Shown one piece after another: positions 50,860-62,597 of a DNA stretch of 64,000 bases. Location: the NCBI RefSeq assembly GCF_006345805.1, contig NC_043003.1, forward strand, positions 117,304,001 through 117,368,000. Direction: 5' to 3'. The notes under the pieces are model-generated. The model did not search any database, had not been told where the DNA came from, and saw only the letters and a program-made list of their open reading frames with translations. The position numbers and the translations under genes were made by a program. Positions within the stretch are counted from its first letter, which is position 1; each line of letters starts with the position of its first letter. This stretch comes from Octopus sinensis (Eukaryota).

Positions 50860-51321
50860 GAGTGAGAGAGCAGTTCATGCCATCAAAGTGACACTGGGGT
50901 AAAATATACGAAGCCCAATATACCCATCAAGACTACCCGTCTGATAAGGGTACACCAGGCACATGCATCACAACCATATGTGCGCGACATGGTGATCTCT
51001 TATCAAGATAAACAGCACATGACCTTGCAGGTGGGGCCCAGTTAGAATTTTCTTCAGGTTGAGTAGCCCATCCTGCTCAAAAGGTCCCTGAATAAGGGTT
51101 GTTTAAGGATGTTGAAAGAACCACCCATGTTTCCAGAGGTGAATTATTCAAACCCCAAAGAATCCCTCTCAACACATGGCTATGATGCTCCCCCACTACT
51201 TCTGCTCGTGATCAGAGATGCACATATCGTCAGCCACTAAGGGACATGCTCAACTGGTTATGGTCAAACAACTGACAAGCAAATATGTGGTATTGAGCAG
51301 AATATTTATTGTAGCCCATCT
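50860..51321. mobile_element. Unclassified non-coding interspersed repeat in (TTA)n, copy 1
   Basis: Clearly homologous to 51343-51860; both start gagtgagagagcag directly after (ATT)n. Confidence 0.75.
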
Positions 51322-51342
51322 TATTATTATTATTATTATTAT

Positions 51343-51860
51343 TGAGTGAGAGAGCAGTGCATGCCATCAAAGTGACACGGGTAAAATATACGAAGCTCAG
51401 TATACCCATCATGTCTACCCCTCTGGTAAGGGTGCACCAAACACATGCATCACAACCATATGTACACGACATAGTGATTTCATATCAAGATAAACAGCGC
51501 ATGACATTGCATACGGGGACCAATTAGAAATTTCTTCAGGTCCAGTAGCCCATCCTGCTCAAAAGTTCATCATGCTTCCAGAGGTGAATTATTCAAACTC
51601 CAAAGAATTCTTTTCAACACATGGTTATGATGCTCCCCCCCCCCCACTACTCCTCCTCGTGATCACAGATGCACATATCGTCAGCACCAAGGGACATTCT
51701 CAAACAACCGACGAGCAAATATGTGTTATTGACAGAATATTTGCTGTAGCCCGTCTTGTTTACACCAAGACAAACCAATGTACATGATAACACTTCCAAT
51801 CAGGTAAGATCAGAGGATATGAAAGCCACTGCCTGGTATTACATCAGAGCATTAATATCC
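51343..51860. mobile_element. Unclassified non-coding interspersed repeat, copy 2 (internal deletion, longer distal end)
   Basis: See copy 1. Confidence 0.75.
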
Positions 51861-53512
51861 ACCATCAAATAGAAATACACGACAAACTTGCTAAATATGG
51901 AAAGTGAAAAACAAAATCTGAAAGGCCCGGGAAGATTATAAGTAATATATTTAATGTTATGAAATGCTAGAAATGATTTCAGAAGAGAAAAGAATACGAC
52001 TGGAATTACAAATAACTTGTTAGGATTTATAAACTTGTAAAAATATATACAACAAAACACGGAATGGAATTTGTCGCACACTATTTCATATTTATCTATC
52101 TAAAGATATGAAACATTCATAAAGAGAATAAAATCTAACATTCGGAGCATCAAACTAAGAAGATACTTCACCAGACATTCTCTGAATTAGCTTTTACTGT
52201 TTTCCTGAGAATAATGTCCGTTATTTTTCATCCACAATGTCATGAGTGAAGAGCAATTAATATAGCAATGGCTAAGCAATAAAGAATAAGAAAGATATTA
52301 CAAGTGTTGTCAATCGTCTCAAATGATGATAATATATCATTTGATATATTAATTAAAAGATCAATATGAAAAGATCAATGTGGTTGTTGATCAGTAGAAC
52401 AAGAGAAAGGGTGCGGTATGTAATTAAAACTATATTTGAAGTAAGACATTAAGTAAAGCAAACATCTATGAACGAAATATTTCAAAATGCCATTTATGAT
52501 GATGTTAAAGAGAAGATACGTGAACTTTAAATATGATTCTTAAGAACCATCTAGGATTTTTTTTTTAATATAAAATGTACACAAATCATAAATATCGAAA
52601 AAATATTCAAAGTTTTGAAAGAAAATAATTGCAACAAAGACGGTACAGTCGTAAATGAAATTCTAGCTAGAAACTAAAAAAGTGGAAGCTTAGTTTTTAA
52701 ATTAATATAATTAAATTGTCAAAGACAAGGCATTTAGCAATGATTAGAAACCTAACGTCTCTAAACTATTTTTAAAGGACGCAGTCCCACAGATAAATGA
52801 TGAGATTCCAGTCACTGTCTCCTTTGATAAACGCAAGAAAAGTGAAAAATTATAGGTCTGCCCGATCATATTAGATCTGCTTTTATTGTTGTAATTTGTT
52901 TATGAGGTCTGACCAGCAACAAGAACAGATACATATATGGCCGAAACAATGAAGAAGCCTCTAAACGGACGCCTGATCTGCGTTAAAATAGCAACTAAAT
53001 TTCCCTCAAATGACACCCTATTGTCTTAAACTTGGAACAACACATTGGATCGTGTATTCTTGCAGATGTCTCTAAGGATGAGATGAACACTGATGAAATG
53101 TCTTTGATCTTGGGCAGCTTTGGTCAGGGCTAAAGTGACTCTAAACAACTACAAAGATATGAAGAGCAACATTTCACGAGAGAAGAATTAAATAATGTAG
53201 TTGAGGGTCGTTCTTCTGAGGACTTTAAAGTGATTAAAAGGAAGACAGTGGGGTGCATAAATAGAGTTTCTAGTCTTAGAATTACTGCAAAGGAAACGAA
53301 TGCGATTCGAAATTATATCAGAAATACTAGTATTGTTGTTATTATTGTTCAGAGAATGTTTAGTGCTAATAATATCAATGTTATTATTTTCATTAAGTGG
53401 ATTTGTATTAAACAACTTATTGTTATGCGAAGAAATGATTTGTGGAAGGGTTTTGGTGCTTGAAAACCCTATTCTAATTCGGTGTGAATCGATATTGGAA
53501 TGGTATTTTTAC

Positions 53513-53748
53513 TTTTTACTTGTTTCAGTCATGTGACTGTGGCCATGCTGGAGCACCGCCTTTAGTCGAGCAAATCCACCCCAGGACTTATTCTTTGTAA
53601 GCCTAGTACTTATTCTATCGGACTCTATTGCCGAACCGCTAAGTTACGGGGACGTAAACACACCAAGCATCGGTGGGCAAGCGATGTTGGGGGGGGGACA
53701 AACGCAGACACACAAATACACACACACACACACCACACACACCACACA

Positions 53749-53834
<86 letters not shown>

Positions 53835-54000
53835 TACGACGGGCTTCTTTCAGTTCCCGTCTACCAAATCCACTCACAAGGCTTTGGTCGGCCCGATGCT
53901 ATAATAGAAGACACTTGCCCAAGGTGCCACGCAGTGGGACTGAACCCGGAACCATGTGGCTGGTAAACAGGCTACTTACCACACAGCCACTCCTACGCCT
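53513..54000 (-). mobile_element. SINE group B, full, with internal (CA)/(TA) tract
   Basis: Head ..aggcgtaggagtggctgtgtggtaag (A-box-like TGGCTGTGTGG, B-box-like GGTTCAGTCCC), core and tail. Confidence 0.92.
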
Positions 54001-54655
54001 ATAGGAAAATTCCTATCTGTAGCTTCGCAAAACTGGTAAGGGAGGTTGGATTTGGCCTGCTTACCATATGGAATTATCGACCAAAACTTTTACTAAGATA
54101 TACCTTATTATTAGGGTAATTATCTTTAAAAATCCAAGCTTTACCTTCATAACTAAAAAGGTCTTAAAGAACGGTTATCTCCCTTATGCTGCAAAGCTAC
54201 AATTTTCGATCTAGTGCCCGTTATTCAAACTTAAATTTATATTGTTATTACCATTACAACGTGTTTCCATGTCCTGATAAATAGAGGTAGAATTAATGCC
54301 AATAGGGTTAATATATTTTTAATTTTCTTTATAGCCGGCTTTAAGTAAGTCAGTTATAAAATTCGGCTTTATCGTTAAAGATATTCCTTCGGGAATAATA
54401 CCAATGTTTTCTTAGAAACATGTCGGATGTATAAAGATTTGAATAACATCTGCGTTCAACTCCATTTCTTAATGTTTCTGTTATACAAAAACGTTACACT
54501 AAACTCCAGAACTTTTACTTTTATAACTAGGATGTAACATCCTTCGCACTTGTGTGAATTTTGGCTACCCTGGTAACTATTTATTTTTTCCGTGTCATTT
54601 GTACACATTGAAAAAAAAATATGTATATATACAAGATAAAAAACAAAGTTCTTTT

Positions 54656-55667
54656 TTAATCTAAAATATACTCTCCTTCATCTTTTACAATGCTCTTCCA
54701 TCGATCTAGTACACTTACAAAATTCACTTGTCCGTGATGAAAAATACTCCTCGAGTACTGTTCTGACCTCATCTACACAATTCATATTTCTTCCTTCCAA
54801 ATGATTTTGAAGACTGCAGAGTAAATGATAATCAGATAGGGCAATGTCCAGCGAATATGGTGGGTGGGCATCGTTTCCCATTCAAACTACTCCAGCCTTT
54901 GGAATTTCATCCGCGTTGTATGTGACCGAGCATTATCCTGATGAAAGAACACCTTTCGTCTTGAAAGCAAAGATGGCCATTTTTCTTCTAGCGCTCACTT
55001 AAGCCACCCAAACTGTTCGCAATAGATTTCCTCTGTTATCATTTAGCTTGGGTTTAAAAGTCCAAAGTGGACTAAATTTTCATATCCCACCAAACAGATA
55101 ACAACACCTTGCGTGAGTGAAGACGTACTTTAGCCTGGGGTACCGGTATTTCTCCTTTCCCTACCTACTGTCTTCGGCGCTTGAAAATTTTATAGAGAAC
55201 CCATTTCTCGTCACCAGTCAATATTAGGTCCAAAAAAGGCTCATTCGTGAGACGTGACAGCAAAGAAGAGCACACATTCACTCTCTGCGCACAATTAGAC
55301 TCGGGAAGTTTGTGAGGAACCCATTGACCGAATTTTCTGAATTTTCCGATGGCACGTAGGTGTCGAGGAATGGTTGATTAACCAAATCCAAGGATTCTGC
55401 TATCTCCTCAATATTTTCGATAGGATTTTGTTCCACCAAGGTTTGTAGAACGTCCTCGTCAAGCTCTATAGATCTTCCAGCACGAGGTTCGTCTTCTCGG
55501 CTGTAGATTCCGGTTCGGGATTTCTGGAACCACCGTCAACACTGGCTTACACTTATTGTCTGATCCCCATATACTGCATTAATATTCCTCGCACTTTCCA
55601 TTGCGTTGTTGCCTTTATTGAACTCATAAAGCAAAATATGCCGAATATGCTCCTTTGTCACATCCAT
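54656..55667 (-). pseudogene. Near full-length mariner (DD34D) transposase pseudogene
   Basis: MDVTKEHIRHILLYEF..WVPHKL..ILTGDEKW..KVLLSVWWD..FHQDNAR..HPPYSLDIALSDY..LDRWKSIVKDEGEYILD*, with several stops and frameshifts. A mariner-like terminal sequence lies at ~55821-55853. Confidence 0.93.
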
Positions 55668-55876
55668 TATAGATTTGGAAAAATAACTGTTAAAATCGAA
55701 CGGCACTCTTCAATACTTGCACTAAGAATAAGTACAAGGTAAAATTGCTACCTGCTTTTATAGCAAGTTGATGCAGGTAGTTTATCCCGTCCCCCTCCGA
55801 CTTTTAGTTCATGCAATTGAAAACACTGCATTATATATGGGATGATCTAGTATATTTACTTTTTTTATTTTATTTT

Positions 55877-55928
55877 TTTATTTTATCTAGTTTCAGCTCA
55901 CAAGCTGCGGCCATGCTGGGGCACCACC
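55877..55928 (-). mobile_element. 3' tail of the CR1/L2-group LINE family seen at 12767
   Basis: GGTGGTGCCCCAGCATGGCCGCAGCTTGTGAGCTGAAACTAGAT plus A-rich tail. Confidence 0.8.
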
Positions 55929-56057
55929 ATATATATAGCGAACCCCTACCATCTTCCAGCAGATGATTGTCGCTTAGTTTTCGATATATTTCGAGCTGGG
56001 ACTAATTACTACTATCTCTAGCTGACGAGTGTTCGCCACTGAGGATAGACACAAATA

Positions 56058-56446
56058 AGTGGAGGCGCAATGGCCCAGTGGTTAGGGCAGCGGACTCGCG
56101 GTCATAGGATCGCGGTTTCGATTCCCTGACCGGGCGTTGTGCGTGTTTATTGAGCGAAAACACCTAAAAGCTCCACGAGGCTCCGGTAGGGGATGGTGGT
56201 GATCCCTGCTGTACTCTTTCACCACAACTTTCTCTCACTCTTACTTCCTGTTTCTGTTGTACCTGTATTTCAAAGAGCCGGCCTTGTCACTCTCTGTGTC
56301 ACGCTGAATATCCCCGAGAACTACGTTAAGGGTGCACGTGTCTGTGGAGTGCTCAGCCACTTACACGTTAATTTCACGAGCAGGCTGTTCCGTTGATTGG
56401 GATCAACCGGAACCTCGTCGTCGTAACCGACGGAGTGCTTCCATTC
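56058..56446 (+). mobile_element. SINE group C (tail i), full, 11-bp TSD
   Basis: TSD AGACACAAATA at 56047-56057 and 56447-56457. Confidence 0.93.
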
Positions 56447-56699
56447 AGACACAAATAGCCGAAACCGTACGATCTGGTGGTCACGTCGTCTGCTAGCAGA
56501 TGGTAGTGGTTCGCTCCCCGACTTGCAATATATATCGGGTGAAGATTGCATGGATAAGCAGCTGGACGAGGCTCCTCCCGGCGTTGAAAACGGTCGTAAC
56601 CTCGATTCCAACAGAATGGCCATATCGCAATGATGTTGCGATAAACATTGATTCTGAGTAGAGTTACTACTTCCATCTCTTATAGAGCTTTGCTTGTGA

Positions 56700-56819
56700 T
56701 AGATAGATAGATAGATATACACATATGCGTATGTATGAATGGGTGGATGGATGTATACATATATGCGTATACATTCGTACATATGTACATTTATACATAT
56801 ATGCATATATGTATATATG

Positions 56820-56853
<34 letters not shown>

Positions 56854-56939
56854 GATATACATACATATTATGTATTCATATGTATAAATAAAAATATATC
56901 TGTATGTATATATATATATGTATATATATGTATATATAT

Positions 56940-56979
<40 letters not shown>

Positions 56980-57082
56980 ATATATGTATATATACATATA
57001 TATATATATAATTATATATATATATATATATTTGTATATATATATATACATATATGTATATGTATGTATATGTATATATATA

Positions 57083-57158
<76 letters not shown>

Positions 57159-57170
57159 ATATATACAGAA
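56700..57170. repeat. (TA)n-rich microsatellite
   Basis: Direct reading. Confidence 0.93.
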
Positions 57171-57839
57171 ACAGAGGAAATAGACAGACATACAGAGAGG
57201 ATGAGAGAATGAGTGATACATAATGCAATTATTCCAATTCCATGTGTATGTCTATGTCTAGGGTCTTCGTGTATGGCTAAGAATAAATGGAATTGGAATA
57301 ATTCCCCAAGATAGGTTCCAAAAAGGTCGGACGGTCTCTGCTTTCTACATACAGACAGCAGCTAATACAATCAAGCATATTTAGCTGGCGATTCTTGCAT
57401 CAGCTTTATGATTGGTCTCTTTAGGTTGGCGGTGTGAGGACGAGGGAGATTCGGTGTTCTGTCTACCAAACGTCTTGCCGTTTGCCAAGAAAATACAATT
57501 ACACTGTTTCTTCAAGTGATGTACAATCAAGTAAAGAGAATTAACAGAACAAAGAAAGGCAAAAACAAGAAAAAGGAATCGAAGATGGATAGAGACAGAA
57601 AGAGACACAGAGAAAGATAGATGGATGGATGCATGGAAAGACAGATATCAGGGAGAGAGTGAGAAATACAGGTACGCAAATGGAAAAGTCGGATGCCATA
57701 TATAAATAGCTAAATTGAAAGAAGCTACATATATACACAGGTAGTTAGAGGGATTAACATTTAGAGCGAGAGGGCCGGAGGGGGAGGGGGGATGGAGGAA
57801 TGGCTGAAGGAATGGCGTGAGGGATGGACAACGGACTAT

Positions 57840-57968
57840 ACAGATATATGTATATATGTATAGTATATATATATATATATATATATATGCATATATATAT
57901 ATATATATATATATCATATATATATATATATATATGCATACACACATATATATAATATATATATATAT

Positions 57969-58030
<62 letters not shown>

Positions 58031-58128
58031 CAAATATTATATATGCGTGTATATCTGTAGTATGGTGATATCTATCTAGCAATCAGTATGTGTATACATA
58101 CATATGTATGTGTGTATATATATATATA

Positions 58129-58188
<60 letters not shown>

Positions 58189-58385
58189 CATACATACATA
58201 CATACATACATACATGCATACATATATATTCTTAAATACACAAGTATACATACAACCATGACCGCACACATATTTGCATATATACATACACACACACACA
58301 CACTCACACACAAACACACACACATATATATATATATACATACATACATCCAGTCATAGAAATATACACAAATACATACATACAC
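57840..58385. repeat. (TA)n/(CA)n/(CATA)n microsatellite
   Basis: Direct reading. Confidence 0.93.
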
Positions 58386-58758
58386 TCATGCATACATATT
58401 GATGAGGAAATCGAAAACACACAAGAAGTGAATATCGAAAGACTGACAGAATGGTGTCGTCTAACTCATTTATTAGTCCATGGTCCCTCGAGGGGATTTG
58501 TACGACAGTAACGTTATCTCTCTTGTTATTTTATACTACAAAGTTGTTGGTGGGGGTTTCTCGTGTCTTTTACTTAATCACGTGGCAGTGGTGTGTGGCG
58601 GGGGGCTGTCGTCGTTTTTGTTGTTGTTCCCCTTCAGGCTTGACTTGACTGAGCCGATCTCAGATCAAAAGTATCCATGCAATGAACTCCGTGATTCTTC
58701 CGTTTAGTTGCTTTTTTTTTGTTTCTTGTTTCCTTTTCTTTTCTTTTTTTCCTTTATC

Positions 58759-59189
58759 GGATCTTTTCGCTTTGAACGGCAGTTTTTAGCATAATTTCTA
58801 GGTAATTAAAAAAATTTTAACTTCGTATACTGGTAGAATGTTTTTATAAAACATCTTTTTCTCTTGGCTTTATTGAGAAAATTCTATAGTTTATAAGATA
58901 TTTGTTGTTTTTTTCTTCAATTTCTGCAATTTCAACAAATCACTGACGTCCATTGAGATAAAAAAAACATTCTGTGCCGTATGAATATGTCCCTCGTTTA
59001 AGAAACAGATCGGGTTTATTTACATTTGTGAAGAAAAAAAGATACCCTTCCCCACACCCCCTAACCCTAACCCTAACCCTAACCCTAAAACAGATTGAAA
59101 TGCAATAGATCGATACTAGGGTCATAATTATGGGTGACAATTTCATATGACACCGCTAGAAAAAACTGCCGTTCAAACCGAAAAGATCC
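58759..59189. mobile_element. MITE with ~29-bp TIRs and 8-bp TSD (Merlin-like by GG termini), containing (CCCTAA)5
   Basis: Left GGATCTTTTCGCTTTGAACGGCAGTTTTT and right AAAAACTGCCGTTCAAACCGAAAAGATCC (1 mismatch). Flanks CCTTTATC and TCTTTATC. Telomeric repeat at 59059-59088. Confidence 0.85.
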
Positions 59190-59231
59190 TCTTTATCGTC
59201 TGTGACTATTTCTTATTGGTTCGATATTTAA

Positions 59232-60190
59232 TCTTTTAGCATTCAGATTACTCTGTCAGTAGAGGCGCAATGGCTCAGTAATTGCGGCAGCGGACTCGCG
59301 GTCGTAGGATCGCGGTTTCGTTTCCCAGACCAGGCGTTGTAAGTGTTTATTGACGGAAAACACCTAAAGCTCCACGGTGCTCCGTCAGTGGGGTGGCGAT
59401 CCCTGCTCTACTCTTTCACCACAACTTTCTCTCACTCTTTCTTCCTGTTTCTGTTGTACCTGTATTTCAAAGGGGCCGGCCTTATCACACTCTGTGTCAC
59501 GCTGAATCTCCCCGAGAATTAGGTTAAGGTTACGCGTGTCTGTGCGATGTATATATATATATATATAGTAGTGGCCACAATTATTAATAATAATTATATA
59601 TATGTATATATATTATATATATATTAATGATAATTATATATGTATGTGGAGGTGCAGTGGCTCAGTGGTTAGGGCAACGGACACGTGATAGCAAGATCGT
59701 AGTTTCGATTCCCAGGCCAAGTGCTGTGAGTGTTTATTTAGGGAAAACAGCTGAAGCTCCACAGGGCTCCGGCAGGGGGTGGCGGACCCTGCTCTACTCT
59801 TTCACTACAACTTTTCTCTTACTCCTTACTGTTTCTGCTGTATATGTATTTCAAAGGGCCAGCCTTGTCACACTGAGTCTCCCCGAGTGTACACGCGTCT
59901 GTGGATTGCTCAGCTACTTGCACATTAATTTCACGAGCAGCCTGTTCCGTTGATCGGATCAACTGGAACCCTCGCCGTCTCAACCGACAGAGTGACACTC
60001 TGTCAAATGAAATACTTAATCACCTTGTTTTGAATTAATCATGCCTTATCAAGTAACTACATTTTAAGGATTCAATTGTTTATTTTTAGAATGACATTGT
60101 AGAGTAGGTGTGAAAGGCCAGATCTGGCTGGTTTGAACACATAACGGTAGAATGTTTGGCTTGGGTATGACCCGCTGAAATACTTACGGG
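59232..60190. mobile_element. Probable old TTAA-flanked (piggyBac-type) MITE interrupted by a SINE dimer
   Basis: TTAA at 59228-59231 and 60191-60194, right end GGG|TTAA, degenerate short TIRs. Confidence 0.45.
59259..59996 (+). mobile_element. SINE group C head-to-tail dimer in one 9-bp TSD
   Basis: ACTCTGTCA at 59250-59258 and 59997-60005. Unit 1 is 3'-truncated (~59548), followed by a TA tract; unit 2 spans ~59646-59996. Confidence 0.8.
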
Positions 60191-60364
60191 TTAAGCCATA
60201 GACTATCGTAACTTTAAAGACAAAAATTTATGATTTCGCTCTATTTTGGTTGCTGTTTCTTGCATTTCCTGTTGCTATTGACAGTTTCTATGTCATCACT
60301 TTATTTGTTGATGTTATTGATGAAGATGAAGATGATGCATTGAACAGAATCTTGCTCTATCTCA

Positions 60365-60706
60365 TTGCATTGTTTTTTGAGCAAAGCATTCGATACTGTT
60401 AATCGAAATACTCTGTGGTTAATTCTAAGGAAAATAGGTTGCCTAGAAACATTCGTAAACAAGATGAGGGCTTTGCCTCAAGATATGAAAACTAGAGTTA
60501 ATTTTGGTGGGAGGCTCTCTGAATCTTTTGCCTTGGAAAATGGAGTAAAGCAAGGAGACCTTGATGCACCCACCCTCTTTGCAATATACTTTGCTGTTGT
60601 GCTGTCACACGCTTTACAAAACTCTGAGGAGGGTATTTACATAAAATACCGAACAACAGGGAATGTTTTTAATCTGACCAGACTGAAATTCAAAACAAAG
60701 GTTTTA
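60365..60706 (+). mobile_element. RTE/BovB-like RT fragment
   Basis: LSKAFDTVNR..LWLILRKIGC..NGVKQGDLDAPTLFAIYF..GIYIKYRTTGNVFNLTRLK.KTKV. Confidence 0.85.
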
Positions 60707-60725
60707 ATATATGTATGAGGTCAAA

Positions 60726-61310
60726 AGGCGGCGAGCTAGCAGAAACGTTAGCGCGCCAGGCGAAATGCTTAGCGGTATTTCGTCTGTCGTTACATTCTGA
60801 GTTCAAATTCCGCCGAGGTCGACTTTGCCTTTCATCCTTTCCGGGTCGATAAATTAAGTACCAGTTACGCACTGGGATCGATGTAATCGACTTAATCCGT
60901 TTGTCTGTCCTTGTTTGTCCTCTCTGTGTTTAGCCCCCTTGTGGGTAGTAAAGAAATAAGGTATTTCTGAGTTCAAATTGCGCCGAGGTCGACTTTGCCT
61001 TTCATCCCTTCGGGGTCGATAAATTAAGTACCAGTTATGCACTGGGGTCGATGTAATCGACTTAATACCTATGTCTGTCCCTGTTTGTCCCCTCTGTGTT
61101 TAGCCCCTTGTGGGTAGTAAACAAATAGGTATTTCGTCTGCCGTTACGTTCTGATTTCAAGTTCCGCCGAGGTCGACTTTGCCTTTCATCCTTTCGGGGT
61201 CGATAAATAAAGTACCAGTTTTGCACTGGGGTCGATATAATCGACTTAATCCATTTGTCTGTCCTTGTTTGTCCCCTCTATGTTTAGCCCCCTGTGGGCA
61301 ATAAAGAAAT
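60726..61310 (+). mobile_element. SINE group A trimer (1 full + 2 headless units) within a single 19-bp TSD
   Basis: TSD ATATATGTATGAGGTCAAA at 60707-60725 and 61311-61329; junctions AAATAAGGTATTTC (~60955-60967) and AAATAGGTATTTC (~61123-61135). Confidence 0.93.
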
Positions 61311-61639
61311 ATATATGTATGAGGTCAAAGTAAACAAACTAGACCAATTTGCATATTTATCACATTTTTTTTTTGCCAGCGAGATTGTATATTAAATGAA
61401 TGAGGCATTCCTCTCATTCCCTTCATATTCTACATTCATGTCTAATGTTCCATGGTATTTATCTGTATCTCTGTGTCATGATGATTGCAGTGCAATTGAC
61501 AAAGACCAACGAGGAAGATATTTGTACATCTATCAAACCCACTGCAACTGCTGGACGATTTTCTTCTGTTGCTGATATATCTTTGTGTTTTTAAACATAG
61601 TACGTCCATAAGAGATACTATCTTTGGACGAATAAAGCT

Positions 61640-62058
61640 CTCTTTACTCTTTCCTCTTTTACTTGTCTCAGTCATTTGACTGCGGCCATGCTGGAGCACC
61701 GCCTTTTTAGTCGAGCAAATCGACCCCGGGACTTATTCTTTGTAAGCCCAGTACTTATTCTATCGGTCTCTTTTGCCGAACCGCTAAGTGACGGGGACGT
61801 CAACACACACCAGCATCGGTTGTCAAGCAATGCTAGGGCGACAAACACAAACACACAAAAACACATACATACATATACATATATATACATATATACGACA
61901 GGCTTCCTTCAGTTTCCGTCTACCAAATCCACTCACAAGGCATTGGTCAGCCCGGGGCTATAGCAGAAGACACTTACCCAAGATGCCACGCAGTGGGACT
62001 GAACCCGGAACCATGTGGTTGGTTAGCAAGCTATTTACCACACAGCCACTCCTGCGCC
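61640..62058 (-). mobile_element. SINE group B, full, flanked by a 64-bp direct repeat
   Basis: 61576-61639 and 62059-62122 are identical except for one base. Confidence 0.93.
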
Positions 62059-62288
62059 TATATCTTTGTGTTTTTAAACATAGTACGTCCATAAGAGATA
62101 CTATCTTTGGACGAATTAAGCTGTTGATTTGCTTTTCACAACGTATCTGAATTACGTGTGACGCCGATTTCTATTTGAATTTAACAGTTTCTGCTGCATA
62201 CAACAAATACATCGAAGTCCCACCAGAAGATTTTTGAGCACACTCCCACCCTCGAATTACAAAGACATAACAGCTTACTAATATACTT

Positions 62289-62346
<58 letters not shown>

Positions 62347-62347
62347 A

Positions 62348-62597
62348 GTTCGTTCTCGTGTCATGCCGACTCATGAGGGCCGGTTTCCCGGTCTCCGTGG
62401 TATATATATATTACCCACCTGGACGGAACACCGGTCTGACGTCAGGAATTACACATCTTAGCCAGGTGAGTGGACTGGATCGACGTGAAATGAAGTGGTT
62501 TTCTCAAGATTACAACGCGTCGCCCGGTCCAGAGATCGAAACCACAATCTTACGATCAAGAGCGCAGCATCCCTAACCATTTAGCCAGGTACTTCCA
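62348..62597 (-). mobile_element. SINE with C-like head, alternative central block and tail iii
   Basis: Tail ccgtccaggtggg..gaccgggaaaccggccctcatgag matches 46720-46800; central block matches 40998. Confidence 0.8.

Noticed and set aside
52899-52947. TTTATGA-GGTC...GGCC-GAAAC hammerhead-like string
   Set aside because: Core mismatches, only a 4-bp stem II, and no clear stems I or III.
56059-56135. tRNA-like sequences at SINE heads as tRNA genes
   Set aside because: They lack a complete acceptor stem, run into SINE bodies, and several are bounded by TSDs.
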